This document shows, one piece after another, positions 47,491 to 57,900 of a stretch of 64,000 nt of DNA. The notes under the pieces are model-generated. The model was given only the letters and a program-made list of their open reading frames with translations. It was not told where the DNA came from and made no database searches. This DNA comes from Spirochaetia bacterium. GTDB taxonomy: Bacteria > Spirochaetota > Spirochaetia > SP-2023. The stretch lies in assembly GCA_965263295.1 (NCBI GenBank), contig OZ253665.1:192001-256000 (forward strand), given 5' to 3'. The first letter of the stretch is position 1. Each line of letters starts with the position of its first letter. The translations under genes were made by a program, and so were the position numbers.

Positions 47491-49632
47491 TCAGCTCAAT
47501 GTTTGGGATTCTGCAAGACAGCTTAGGGCTCGACGGAGTTGCTGCATTTGCGCACTGTTGCCCACGGATATGCGAAGCCCTCCGCTCAGCAGGCAATTAA
47601 AGTCGCGCAAGATCAAGCCGTTTTGGCGGCAATGTTCTAAAATTCTTGGGCATTGCTGCGGCTCAAACTGGAGCATGATGAAATTGGCGGCACTGTGAAA
47701 AATCTTTTTCACATACGGCAAGTCTTCCAAAAAAGCAAAAAGTTGTTTTTGTTCGCGGCAGATTGCGCGGATGTGGGCCTGCATCTGGTTGCGGGCTTCT
47801 GCGTCCTTGAACAGCCGGCTGACATAATGACTGCTTGGGCCTGGCATGGGGTAGGGGGACTGAACGGCACGCAGCAACTGTCGCAGGTCGGGGGCGGAGA
47901 TCAGGCTGCCTATGCGTCCACCCGCAAGGCTGTATGCCTTCGACAGGGTGCGCAGGATTATCAAGTGCGGGTGTCGGTCTAGCTGGGGAAGCAAGCTTTG
48001 ATACTGCGGTTCAAGAATTTCAGCGAACTCGGCATAGGCTTCATCGAGAACAAGTATAACATCATTTGCGGTACAAAGTTTGAGTAGATCGTGCAGTTCT
48101 GACGGCGGAATAGGGCTCCCCAAAGGAGCCAGTGGGCTGGGTATAAATAGTAATTTGGGTGGCGCAGGACCCTCTAGTACTGACTGCAATTCCGCTAGGG
48201 GCAGGCGCGCTGTAAACAGCGCGGCTTTATTTGCGGTCTGTGGTCGCAGCTCGCTGAACTTCAGCGGTATATCGACAATTTGGCAGCCCCGGATCTCGGC
48301 ATAATTGCGATACATCCCAAAGCTTGGGCTACAGATGGCTATGGAATCCTGCTCTGTGCAAAAAGTGCGAATCAAGAGGTCAATGCCCTCGTCGCTGCCG
48401 CGTCCGACAAGCAGCTGTTCTGCATTGATATTATAGAGCGCTGCCAGCGCCTGCAACAGATCTTGTGGTTGAGGCTGGGGGTAATAATTATAGTTTGTCG
48501 TGTCCCAAGTCTGCTCTGGGCAGGACGCCAGGCGGCCGGGTGGGGCCCAGGGGTTTTCGTTCGCATCTAACAGCATGCTATTTTGCAGCTCGTCGGCGCT
48601 GGCTTGCAGGCGCGCCGAGGAATAGGGAATCAGCTTCTGGATATTGGGCCGAGCCTTGGCCCGCAGTCGTGCCACCGCGTCTTTAAATAGAATGTGCTTT
48701 GATGTTGGGTTGCTTTGACTCTCGTTTAAAGTCACTTGGATTTTTTTGGGGGGGGCTTGAGATTTTTTTTGAGATTTTTCTTGAGGGGACTCTGTCACAT
48801 GTGTCTCAAGTGCCTGGCGGTGACGCTGTTCTAAAACTTCCATTGCGCTTTGTAAACTCATGTCGCAGGCTTGTAGCAATACCGTAAGATGAAAGAGCAG
48901 GTCGCCGGCTTCGCCGGCTAGTTCACGGCGCAGTTTTTCCGTTTCTTCATGTTCTTGGCCAATCGCCTGCCGGCCGATTTCGCGCTTGTGGTGTAAGGCC
49001 ATGGCCGAGAGCGCGACTTCAACACCTTCCTCGCCGACTTTCTGGGCCATGCGCTGCAGTCCCTGTTCAAACAGATGTTTCACGTAACTCTGCTCGCCGT
49101 CGCCGGCCTTGCGGCGTTGCCGGATAATGCGTTCCAACGCGCCTAGCCAGCCGATTCCCAGGCTTTCTGTGTTGGCGGCTCGGATCAGGCCAAAGTCGGC
49201 ACCAAGTTGTTGTAGTTGGCTGTTGTCGATTTCTGCTGCAATCGGCGTGCTGAAACATGAATTGCTGCCCTCGTGACAGGTCGGGCCGAAGGGCTCGGCC
49301 AGGATCAATAGGGAATCCCGATCACAGTCGAGAGATAATTCACGGATTTGGAGAAAGTGGCCAGAGCTTTCGCCCTTGCGCCACAGCCGTTGTTTGCTGC
49401 GACTGTAAAACGTCACTCTACCGTCGCGCAGGCTTTGTTGTAGCGATTCGGGGTTCATAAAACCTTGCATCAGTACCTGGCGACTTTGCACGTCCTGCAC
49501 AATGGCAACTAGCATGCCGCCGCCCTTGTCCCAGTCCACGGGATGGGCTGTCAGCCAGGCCTGGTAGCGTTTTTGCCAGCTTGAAGCATCAGCAGTCCAG
49601 CGGATGTGCCGCGAAATATTTGCATCGTTCAC
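47491..49632 (-). CDS. hisIE-hisC: HisI-HisE-HisC fusion (PR-AMP cyclohydrolase / PR-ATP pyrophosphatase / histidinol-phosphate aminotransferase)
   Basis: HisI: LWRKGESSG, DCDRD, GPTCH..SCF. HisE: AQKVGEEGVE, DLLFH. HisC: YSSAR, LDANENP, GRGSDEGID, LDEAY, RTLSKAYSLAGGRIG. Confidence 0.9.
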   Translation of the reverse strand: MNDANISRHIRWTADASSWQKRYQAWLTAHPVDWDKGGGMLVAIVQDVQSRQVLMQGFMNPESLQQSLRDGRVTFYSRSKQRLWRKGESSGHFLQIRELSLDCDRDSLLILAEPFGPTCHEGSNSCFSTPIAAEIDNSQLQQLGADFGLIRAANTESLGIGWLGALERIIRQRRKAGDGEQSYVKHLFEQGLQRMAQKVGEEGVEVALSAMALHHKREIGRQAIGQEHEETEKLRRELAGEAGDLLFHLTVLLQACDMSLQSAMEVLEQRHRQALETHVTESPQEKSQKKSQAPPKKIQVTLNESQSNPTSKHILFKDAVARLRAKARPNIQKLIPYSSARLQASADELQNSMLLDANENPWAPPGRLASCPEQTWDTTNYNYYPQPQPQDLLQALAALYNINAEQLLVGRGSDEGIDLLIRTFCTEQDSIAICSPSFGMYRNYAEIRGCQIVDIPLKFSELRPQTANKAALFTARLPLAELQSVLEGPAPPKLLFIPSPLAPLGSPIPPSELHDLLKLCTANDVILVLDEAYAEFAEILEPQYQSLLPQLDRHPHLIILRTLSKAYSLAGGRIGSLISAPDLRQLLRAVQSPYPMPGPSSHYVSRLFKDAEARNQMQAHIRAICREQKQLFAFLEDLPYVKKIFHSAANFIMLQFEPQQCPRILEHCRQNGLILRDFNCLLSGGLRISVGNSAQMQQLRRALSCLAESQTLS

Positions 49633-49716
49633 TTTGCTTTGCCTTTATATAATGGCCTGCTCAGAGGCTCCTCTCGCATGTTCAGCGCGTTGCCGTTTGG
49701 CTTCGCCTGGTGTATT

Positions 49717-50484
49717 CTAAAGCCGGACATTGATACCGTTTGCCTGTAAATAGTACTTGAGTTGGGGGATCGCGATCAAGCCTGTGTGGAATACGCTGGC
49801 CGCCAGAGCTGCTTCGTTGCCTACTTTTTCAAATAGTTCCAGAAAATGCTCCTTAGTTCCGGCACCGCCGGAGGCCACGATGGGGATGGAGACTTTCTGC
49901 CGCAGTAGAGCCAGTTGTTGCAGGTCGTAGCCAGTGCGCCGGCCATCTCGGTTCATGCAGTTGAGTACGATTTCACCGGCCCCGCGTTCCTGGGCTTCAT
50001 AAGCCCAGTCAAGCAAAGTGCGTGCCGTGTCGCGCATTTTGTCCGGGCGGCCTGTGTATTGTTTGATGCGGTAAGAATCTCCGTTCCAGGAGCTATCAAT
50101 GCCGACGACGACGCACTGGCTGCCAAAAGTACGGGCCATTTCGTCAATCAACTGTGGTCGTTCCAGGGCGGGTGAGTTGATGGAAATTTTGTCGGCGCCG
50201 TGGGCCAGTACGCTGCGTGCCTGCTCCAGGGAACAGATGCCGCCCGCCACGGCAAATGGAATATCGAGTACCTGGGCCACTCGGGTCACCCAGCTTTTGT
50301 CGACACTGCGCTGATCGCCGCTGGCTGTGATGTCATAAAACACCAGTTCGTCCGCGCCTTCGGCGCAATAGCGTTGGGCCAGGTCCAGTATCTCTCCTCG
50401 AACTTCATGATTGCGAAATTCGATGCCCTTGACGACTCGGCCATCTTTGACATCGAGGCAGGGGATGATGCGTTTACAGAGCAT
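49717..50484 (-). CDS. hisF: Imidazole glycerol phosphate synthase subunit HisF
   Basis: [49 protein letters not shown]. Confidence 0.98.
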   Translation of the reverse strand: MLCKRIIPCLDVKDGRVVKGIEFRNHEVRGEILDLAQRYCAEGADELVFYDITASGDQRSVDKSWVTRVAQVLDIPFAVAGGICSLEQARSVLAHGADKISINSPALERPQLIDEMARTFGSQCVVVGIDSSWNGDSYRIKQYTGRPDKMRDTARTLLDWAYEAQERGAGEIVLNCMNRDGRRTGYDLQQLALLRQKVSIPIVASGGAGTKEHFLELFEKVGNEAALAASVFHTGLIAIPQLKYYLQANGINVRL

Positions 50485-50495
50485 AGTGGTTTGCC

Positions 50496-51251
50496 TTATT
50501 TTAACAGCGATAGAGCGGCTTCCAGAGTGAAGCGGCCTTCGAGTAGGGATTTGCCCAGCACGGCTCCCGCAGTGCCCATTTGTCGCAGGCGCTCGATGTC
50601 GCCAAGGGTCGCAATGCCGCCCGAAGCTTGCACTTGGAACTGTGGAAAGCGCTGCTGAATGTCTTGATATAACGCAAAGTTCGGGCCGCGCAGAGTGCCG
50701 TCCCGGGAGATATCCGTACACAGCAGGTGGCGCGCCGCAGAAAACTGTGCGAGCAATTGCCAGAGAGTCTTATCGCTGAGTTCTTGCCAGGCGTCGATGG
50801 CCATGTACGGGGTCCCGTTGCGGTAGTCAATGTCCAGAGCGAGGACGATGCGCTCTGGGCCAAATTCTTCAATCCACTGTTGCACTAGTGCCGGTTCTTT
50901 GACACAGAGACTGCCGACAATGGCGCGCTCAATGCCGGCTTCAAAGATTTGCTGCAGGCGTTGCCGGCCCTGGATCCCGCCGCCGCACTGTATCCGCAGC
51001 CCACTGGCTGCAGCTATTTTTTGAATTGTGTCTGGCTTTTGTCCGGCTCCTATGTTGTTCGCGGCCGTTTTAGCGGCCGTTCTGGCGGCATCAAGGTCGA
51101 TGACGTGTAGCCATTCGCTGCCGGCTTCGCGATAGCGCACAGCGAGTTCTGTGGGGCTGTCGTGGTATTGGCTCTGGCGGGCAAAATTGCCCTGGGTCAA
51201 GCGCACGCAGCGACCGTCAATCAGGTCAATGGCAGGGTAGAGGGTAAGCAT
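50496..51251 (-). CDS. hisA: ProFAR isomerase HisA
   Basis: [42 protein letters not shown]. Confidence 0.97.
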   Translation of the reverse strand: MLTLYPAIDLIDGRCVRLTQGNFARQSQYHDSPTELAVRYREAGSEWLHVIDLDAARTAAKTAANNIGAGQKPDTIQKIAAASGLRIQCGGGIQGRQRLQQIFEAGIERAIVGSLCVKEPALVQQWIEEFGPERIVLALDIDYRNGTPYMAIDAWQELSDKTLWQLLAQFSAARHLLCTDISRDGTLRGPNFALYQDIQQRFPQFQVQASGGIATLGDIERLRQMGTAGAVLGKSLLEGRFTLEAALSLLK

Positions 51252-51276
51252 CGCCAGTCGTCCTTGCCGGTCTTTC

Positions 51277-52059
51277 TCAATTGCTGCCGGCGTTTTGCAG
51301 CCAGCGGCGCAAAATTTCGGCGCCAAAGCGACCGGATTTTTCGGGATGAAATTGACAGCCCCAGATGTGGCTGCGCGTGCCCTGGCCGCGCACGATGGCA
51401 CTGATTTCGAGGGGCCCGTAGCGGCATGAGGCCACGGTTGTGCGCCCAGGGGGCAGGTAGTAGCTGTGGACAAAATAGCTGGCAGAATTCGGCCGCCCGG
51501 CGGCTTGGCTTGCTGCCGAACTGAATAGCAATGCGCAACTGTCATTCTGCGCCGGGTAAGGCAAAATGGGATTCCAGCCGATGTGGGGGACCGAATAGCT
51601 AGTGTCCAATGCAGGTCGCAGCGGCAAGATTTCTCCAGGCAGCAGACCGAGGCCAGGACATGGCCCGCCCTCGCTGAGTTGCTCAAATAGCAGCTGCATC
51701 CCCAGACAAATACCCAGTAATGGACTTTGCACTTGCCGCAATACGTCATCCAGACCGCTGTTTTGCAGTTCGTTCAAAATATACTGGGCATGCCCTACGC
51801 CGGGGAAAATCACGCGCTCGGCGGCAAGGATCGTGGCCGGATCGCGGCTAAGTTTGAGTGAGAATCCGCCTTCGGCCTGGAGGCGCTGTATGGCAATGTA
51901 AATGGATTTCAAGTTGGCCGAAGGACTTTCGACAATGACCACAGACCGTGGCCAGGGGCGCGGTCGGGACAATTTATGATTCATTGGGCCGGATCCTTCG
52001 TTTGCCGGGATATTAATATATAAGCTGCTGTGATTCTGGTACGATTCTAATGGAGCCAT
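51277..52059 (-). CDS. hisH: Glutamine amidotransferase HisH (alternative start 51984)
   Basis: PGVG, LGICLGMQLL, VPHIGWN, YFVHSY, QFHPEKS. Confidence 0.97.
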   Translation of the reverse strand: MAPLESYQNHSSLYINIPANEGSGPMNHKLSRPRPWPRSVVIVESPSANLKSIYIAIQRLQAEGGFSLKLSRDPATILAAERVIFPGVGHAQYILNELQNSGLDDVLRQVQSPLLGICLGMQLLFEQLSEGGPCPGLGLLPGEILPLRPALDTSYSVPHIGWNPILPYPAQNDSCALLFSSAASQAAGRPNSASYFVHSYYLPPGRTTVASCRYGPLEISAIVRGQGTRSHIWGCQFHPEKSGRFGAEILRRWLQNAGSN

Positions 52060-52061
52060 GC

Positions 52062-54734
52062 TTATTCTTTAAGTGAACTGACAAAACTTAGGATGCCTTT
52101 GGTCAGCATTTCAATATCCTCCTGGCGCAAGTCGGCGTTGCGAATTGCCCAAGTATTGCTCGGATAGGCAATGTTGCGCAGCTCGACGAGAACGGCGAAG
52201 CGGGCCGGATTCTTACGCAGTACAGCTAGATTCTGGCCGCGCACATGGGCATTTTTGCCTAGGTATGGGATCATATGCTCGGCAAACTGTCGGCCGAGTT
52301 TGTCGACTGTCAGTGAGTCATTGTAATATAGAACCAGTCGGCCGTCTGTGTCCCAGGGCGAGTTGTCGTTGTGCAAAGAAATGAAGATACGTTTATTCTT
52401 TGGTGTCCCGTTAAAAAAACTTTCGGCCACTTCGACGCGCTTGTGCAGACCTGACGCTGTGCCAGATGGCCAGCTGCTGTATTCCCCGCGCTGGTTGATA
52501 AACGGGGAGTTATAGACTTCGTTTTTCTGACTGACGAGAGTGCGTGAAGCGTCGGTGGAGTCGATAATCAACTGGTTCGGGCTGATTACGGTCAAAGCGA
52601 CTTGTGCGCCGTTGCGTCTAAGCTTGCGGTAGAGGCGCAGGGCATAGTCATAATTGTACTCGTCTTCAATAATATAGAGCGGGTTGCCGTTGCCGTCCTC
52701 TGCTTGAGCGTTGAAACCCGGATCCAGGCCGCCATGGCCGGGATCAATCAAAAAGGAATAGCCTTTCAGGTCATCACCGAGTGCTGGCATGGCCTCAAGC
52801 TCTTTGTCGAATTGGGCCATTAGCTCGCGTGCTGTTTGGTAATTCTCCAGGGGGTCGTCGGTAAACTCTTCGTAATAAGAGACATTAGGCTGGCGCGGCA
52901 CGCGCGGGGCATTGCGCGTAAAATATGCCGATAACTCTACTGGCCGGTTCTTGCCTTCTGGAATTCGGGGCTGACTGAAAGGCGGGTTGACTTTCACTTT
53001 TTGGCGTTTGCGGACTGCAAGCTGCCGGTAGGCCTCTTCCTCTTCACTGGCCCGCTGTTCGGCTTCTGCCTCTTGTTTAGAAATATAGGCGTTGGGCGGA
53101 ATATTACTGGTTAGCTTGTCATCGGACGGTTTAGAATCGGAAGGTTTAGTATCGGAAGGTTTAGAATATGGGGTATCTTCACCGGGATTTTTGTCTTGAA
53201 TTTCCGCAGCTTGTCCTCGCGGGCCGACGCTTAAAGTTTGGCCCAGGCGCAGTACTTTGCCAATGTTGGGGTTATACCGCCGCAGTTCAGAGACGCTCAG
53301 ATTGGAGCGTCGGGCAATGGACCACAGGGTGTCTCCGTCCACGACCTCGTATTCTTCGTATTCAATGGGTTTGTCTACTGAACTGGCGTCGGAGTGGACG
53401 GCTGTGCTTGGAGATATTTGGATTGGCTGGCCAACATTTATTGTGTCGGCGTTTTTTAACTGGTTCCATTGTAATAATTGGCTCAACGAAACATCAAATT
53501 TGCGGCTAATTGAACTCAGGGTGTCGCCGCGCTCCACGTTGTAATACTGGGACCCTGGGCTGCCCTGGAGGTTCTGGGCTATAGTGCGCACCGCTTGGTC
53601 GTAACTGCTGATGCGTAGCACTTGCCCAGGGCGAATATAGTCGTCTTCGAGCTGGTTGAGGCTGCGGATCACACCGATACTGACTTTAGTCTTGCGGCTG
53701 ATGCCCAATAGAGTGTCGCCTTTTTTGACTGTATATGTTTTTTCTGCAGTTGTTGCGCTGGGATTGATCTCGCTATTGAGGCGGGTCGTTGCGCTCAGCA
53801 AAATTGGGTCACTTGGATCCGGTTGGGCCGTTTCGTCGTTTTCTTGATTGGCATTGGGAATCTTCAATATCTGTCCGATGCGAATTTTGTCGCCGTCGAG
53901 GTCATTGACCTGGCGCAGGCGGGCGCTACTGATTTTAAAACGCAAGGCCAAAGAAGATAGAGTATCTCCAGACTGGACTTTGTATGGCTCTTTTCGCCGT
54001 TTCAGATCTTGGCGGGAGACGGACTTCTCTTTGTCGCTTGGCACGGCAGTTGGAGTTACGGCAGTTGGAGTTACGGCAGTTGGAGTTACGGCAGTTGGAG
54101 TTACGGCAGTTGGAGTTTCGGCAGTCGGAGTTTCGGCAGTCGGAGTTTCGGCAGTCGGAGTTTCGGCAGTCGGAGTTTCGGATAGGGGCGCGACCTGAGC
54201 ACTCTGAATGGGCGGCTGACTGCGGCTGGGCGTATCGGGGTCGCCGGGAGCTTGCTGTCCTGGCACGGGAACCGTGTCTTTTTGAATGCCCTGCTTACCA
54301 ACAGAAGCAAACACAATATCGGGCTCTGGGATGAGTATACTCTCGCCGCGTACAATACTTCGCTTTGCCTGGTCCATGTCGCGGAAGCGGTTGATTTTGA
54401 TCAGTGCCGCTAGTGACACTTTAAAACGTTGAGCAATGCTATCGAGAGTATCACCTTCTTCAATTGTGTAAATCAGTGTGCTGGCCCAGAGAACAGAGTT
54501 GTTTTCAGTTAATAGGGGCAGCGCGGTGGCAAGCAGCGACAGAATTGCAAATAACACATTGTGCCTTAAAATCTTAAGGGCTTTTGACGCGGCGGCGACG
54601 CGCCTAAGTGTCGCAAAAAAAATGGCTTGCCTTGATTGATAACGCTTGCTTGTATGTCGGCTGTGGGAAAACAATATTCTATCCGTGCTTGGAATGTGGC
54701 CACAAAATGACCATATACTCTGCTTGCTCTTCAT
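52062..54734 (-). CDS. N-acetylmuramoyl-L-alanine amidase with five LysM domains (start uncertain)
   Basis: Five Y.V..GDTL..I.. motifs; amidase_3 IDPGHGG, E..YN, FISLH, AVLVEL. Confidence 0.92.
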   Translation of the reverse strand: MKSKQSIWSFCGHIPSTDRILFSHSRHTSKRYQSRQAIFFATLRRVAAASKALKILRHNVLFAILSLLATALPLLTENNSVLWASTLIYTIEEGDTLDSIAQRFKVSLAALIKINRFRDMDQAKRSIVRGESILIPEPDIVFASVGKQGIQKDTVPVPGQQAPGDPDTPSRSQPPIQSAQVAPLSETPTAETPTAETPTAETPTAETPTAVTPTAVTPTAVTPTAVTPTAVPSDKEKSVSRQDLKRRKEPYKVQSGDTLSSLALRFKISSARLRQVNDLDGDKIRIGQILKIPNANQENDETAQPDPSDPILLSATTRLNSEINPSATTAEKTYTVKKGDTLLGISRKTKVSIGVIRSLNQLEDDYIRPGQVLRISSYDQAVRTIAQNLQGSPGSQYYNVERGDTLSSISRKFDVSLSQLLQWNQLKNADTINVGQPIQISPSTAVHSDASSVDKPIEYEEYEVVDGDTLWSIARRSNLSVSELRRYNPNIGKVLRLGQTLSVGPRGQAAEIQDKNPGEDTPYSKPSDTKPSDSKPSDDKLTSNIPPNAYISKQEAEAEQRASEEEEAYRQLAVRKRQKVKVNPPFSQPRIPEGKNRPVELSAYFTRNAPRVPRQPNVSYYEEFTDDPLENYQTARELMAQFDKELEAMPALGDDLKGYSFLIDPGHGGLDPGFNAQAEDGNGNPLYIIEDEYNYDYALRLYRKLRRNGAQVALTVISPNQLIIDSTDASRTLVSQKNEVYNSPFINQRGEYSSWPSGTASGLHKRVEVAESFFNGTPKNKRIFISLHNDNSPWDTDGRLVLYYNDSLTVDKLGRQFAEHMIPYLGKNAHVRGQNLAVLRKNPARFAVLVELRNIAYPSNTWAIRNADLRQEDIEMLTKGILSFVSSLKE
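54043..54180 (-). repeat. 15-bp in-frame tandem repeat, about 9 copies (ETPTA/VTPTA), between LysM1 and LysM2
   Basis: acggcagttggagtt / tcggcagtcggagtt units. Confidence 0.97.
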
Positions 54735-54936
54735 TTATTCTCACCCGAAGAGTGCCTTCTGTATATCGGCCCAATGGAACCACAGCTTACCAGCTCCAGC
54801 ATTTTCCTGATGAAATATATTGGTTAATACGCTCCAGCATAACCGGGTTATTTTTCTTTGGGAACTGCGAAGCGCCGATTTTTATTTTTCATTTTTGAGT
54901 TCTTTTTCTGAATTGGGCCTGAGTTTTGCGAGATAG

Positions 54937-57900
54937 TTAAGCATCTGAGTTCAGATTCAATCCCAGGGCTTTGAGTATCTGCTGCAATAATATTTCGGCC
55001 GGTTTGTGGTAGTAAATACCTGAATCCCCTCCCGACATACCGCGTAAAAACAGGTAGTAACAGCCGCCAAAATCTTTTTTGTAATTAAATTGCTCACCAT
55101 ATTGACGTTTAAGGTAGTAGTAAACAACAGCTAGGTAGATTAAATATTGCATTTGGTAGTTGTGGCTGCTCATTAGTTGTTCTAGTGCTTCCTTGCGGTA
55201 CAGCTGGCGCTGTAATGCTTGTAGTCCCTCGTTGTGTTTGTCTCCTTCTAAAGGCATGATGTCGTCAAACGGGTAGATGTTACTTTTCCAGTCCAGCAGG
55301 TACAGCTGGCCCCGGTTTACAAACAGTAGGTCGATAAAGCCTTTTAGAAAGCCTTGGCCGATTTGAATTTTGTCTCCAGGGGCTTGTAGCAATAGTTTTT
55401 TATCTATCTGGCAGTCCCTGGGAATGGCCAGCAGGAACTCCAGTTCGTGTCGACGTTGTTCGGGGCTGAGCTGGCAGAGCCGCAATTCTGATCGCGTGTT
55501 GTGCTCTCCCGCCGCCAGAGCTATGTTTAAATTGCTGTGTAGAGTGTGCCAGACCATGCGGCACAGGGCAGGGCGAGCTTGTTTAATCCAGTTGCGCGGA
55601 AAATAGCGACGGCTGAGGAGGTTGAGCTGCTCGTAAAAACTTTCGTCTTGCTGCAGCTCAGCGCAGCTGAGCTGGGAGATATGGGCGTAGTCGGCACGCT
55701 CAAGCAGGTCGTGCAGCAGATTGCCCAGTTCGGCACTGGGGCTGAGCAATAATTCGTGCCACTGCAGCTCATCTTTATACTTTTTGAATTCCCCGCCCTG
55801 AATATCTGAACTTCCCTGAATTTCCAGATATTCGGCGGCATGGGTGGGATGATCAGGTGGCTTGCCGCCGTCGCCGCGTTCACGGTCCTGGCTGTAGCCC
55901 AGGTTATCGCCGGCACTTAGGTAAGCCGTCTCCATGTTATCAATGGTTTCTGGGGCTAGGGCGAGGTTTGATGGCAAGTTGTCCGGTTTGTTACTGGCAC
56001 GATTGCGATTGGCATTCTGCGATGGATCTTGTGACAAGCCGCGCTGCAGGGAACTGAAGCTACTGACCGCCGGAAAGCGTTGGGCCAGATTGTCCTGTTT
56101 TAATTTGCGGTAACCTATCAGCTCTGGTGCCACTCCCGCTACGAACTCGCGCTGTTCAGGAGGTGTGCCCTCTTGATGGCTAGGGAAGCCAAGAGGGTGG
56201 TTAATTTTTAGAGATTGAAGAGTGGGAGCGGGAACAATATTTAATTCAGGACTCACGGGATTTGAGCGGCTTTGTAAGCCGTGTTGGCTCAGTTGGCTCT
56301 GTAGTTGCAAACTTTCGTGGGGGCTAATGGGTGTTGTTTCTTCCAGGCTAAAAAGCCGCGGGAACTCGCGGGCGAGCTCGTTTGCGGCTTTGCGCAGCTC
56401 GCCGGAGGGCTGGGGGTCTTGCAAATCTCCCTGTAGGCTTTCCCGCAATAAGTTCAGAAACGGAGGCGACTCCGCGTGGCTGGGAAAGAGAGGCAGGTAA
56501 ATTTTACAGCTCGCCCGCGTCAGCCCGACATAGAAGAGGCGTTGCCGTTCCGCATGTTCTTCGTTTCGTCGCTGGGCTAAAATCTCTGCGCTGGGCTGCA
56601 GATAGGCGAATTGGCGATACTCTGGGCTGAGTTCGCTGTGTAATACAATGGAGGGTTTCTGGCGTTTTTCGCTCAGGCCAATACCCAACAATACAATAGG
56701 AAACTCCAGTCCTTTGGAGCTGTGGACAGTCATGATCTGGACGGCCTGGCCTTCGTTGCAGTTCTGTTGCCGGTGTTCAGTCGCTAGTGTCGGGGGGGCG
56801 TCTAGCTCTGCGCCGTCTGCACTTTTTTCAATTTGGCGCAGTTGCTGGCCGAGGTAGCGGCACAGTTCGCGGCAATCCAGGCCGCGTTGCAACTGTTGGT
56901 CGCCGAGAATCTCGGTCAGTTGACGCAAGTTGCTGTAAGACTGACAGTTATTCTGGCGTTGGAGCTCCCGCAGCTCGGGAGCCCGCAGCGTGTTGGGGCT
57001 TGCAGAAATTTTTGTGGCTGCCGACAACTCTTTATTTTGCATGGCGTTATCTGAGGCCAGATATTGGGCTGCGCCGAGCAGGCGACTGTAGACATCGCGG
57101 GGGAGTTCAGACGGCTGTTCGTGATGCGACAGAGTTTGTAACTTATTGTGGAACTGAATCCCGTAGTTAAAAAGTTCTGCCAAGACTTCCAAGAGCTGGC
57201 CTTGGTCCACTTGCTCTTTCCATAGACTTAGCTGCTGCATAAAGCCTAGCCCAAAGTCGCTGGGGGGAGTCTGACTTGTGGTTTCTACACCGGCAGACGC
57301 GGTTTGCTCGGAGAGTCCCAACAATAGGTGGGCTTCCGGCACTGTCAGCGCAAATAGGGGAGAGAGCAATAGGCGCAAACTGTGTTGCCATTCCCTAGGC
57401 TGACACAATGCCTGTAGGAAGTGGTAGAGGGCTCGCGCATGAGGGTCCTGAAATACGCTGCGTTTCTCGCTGTAATGCACAGGTATGCCGTGGCTTTGCA
57501 AGCGTTGATATAGTTTGAGGCAGTCGCTGTTGTTCTGCATCAATATGGCGATATCGCCAGGCCGTACTGGTCGGCCCAGGGCTGAGTAAGTTATGAGCTC
57601 TTTTTGTGTCCACTTTTGAGTTGTGGGATTGGCCGCTGCTGGCAGCTCAATTATGCGGTAGTCTTGGCTGAGCAGGCGCACGACTTGTCGTTCAATGGCC
57701 TGGTGACAGTTCTCTTGGAGTTCCTTTAATCCAGATTTAGCGCTTTGGCCAGATTTGCCTGCTTTGTCAAATTTTTTAGGGGCGTTCGCAACAGGGTCGC
57801 AGTTCAGAAAACTCAGCCCACTGTAGTTTGCCTTCTCAGGTGGTAGCAGCAAGGTCTGGTTTTGTTTGCCTTGCCGGCCACAGCGTGCAGCTTCAAAATG

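Noticed and set aside
54043..54180. Repeat array as a possible CRISPR
   Set aside because: Contiguous 15-bp units with no spacers, in frame within the amidase linker, and no cas genes nearby.
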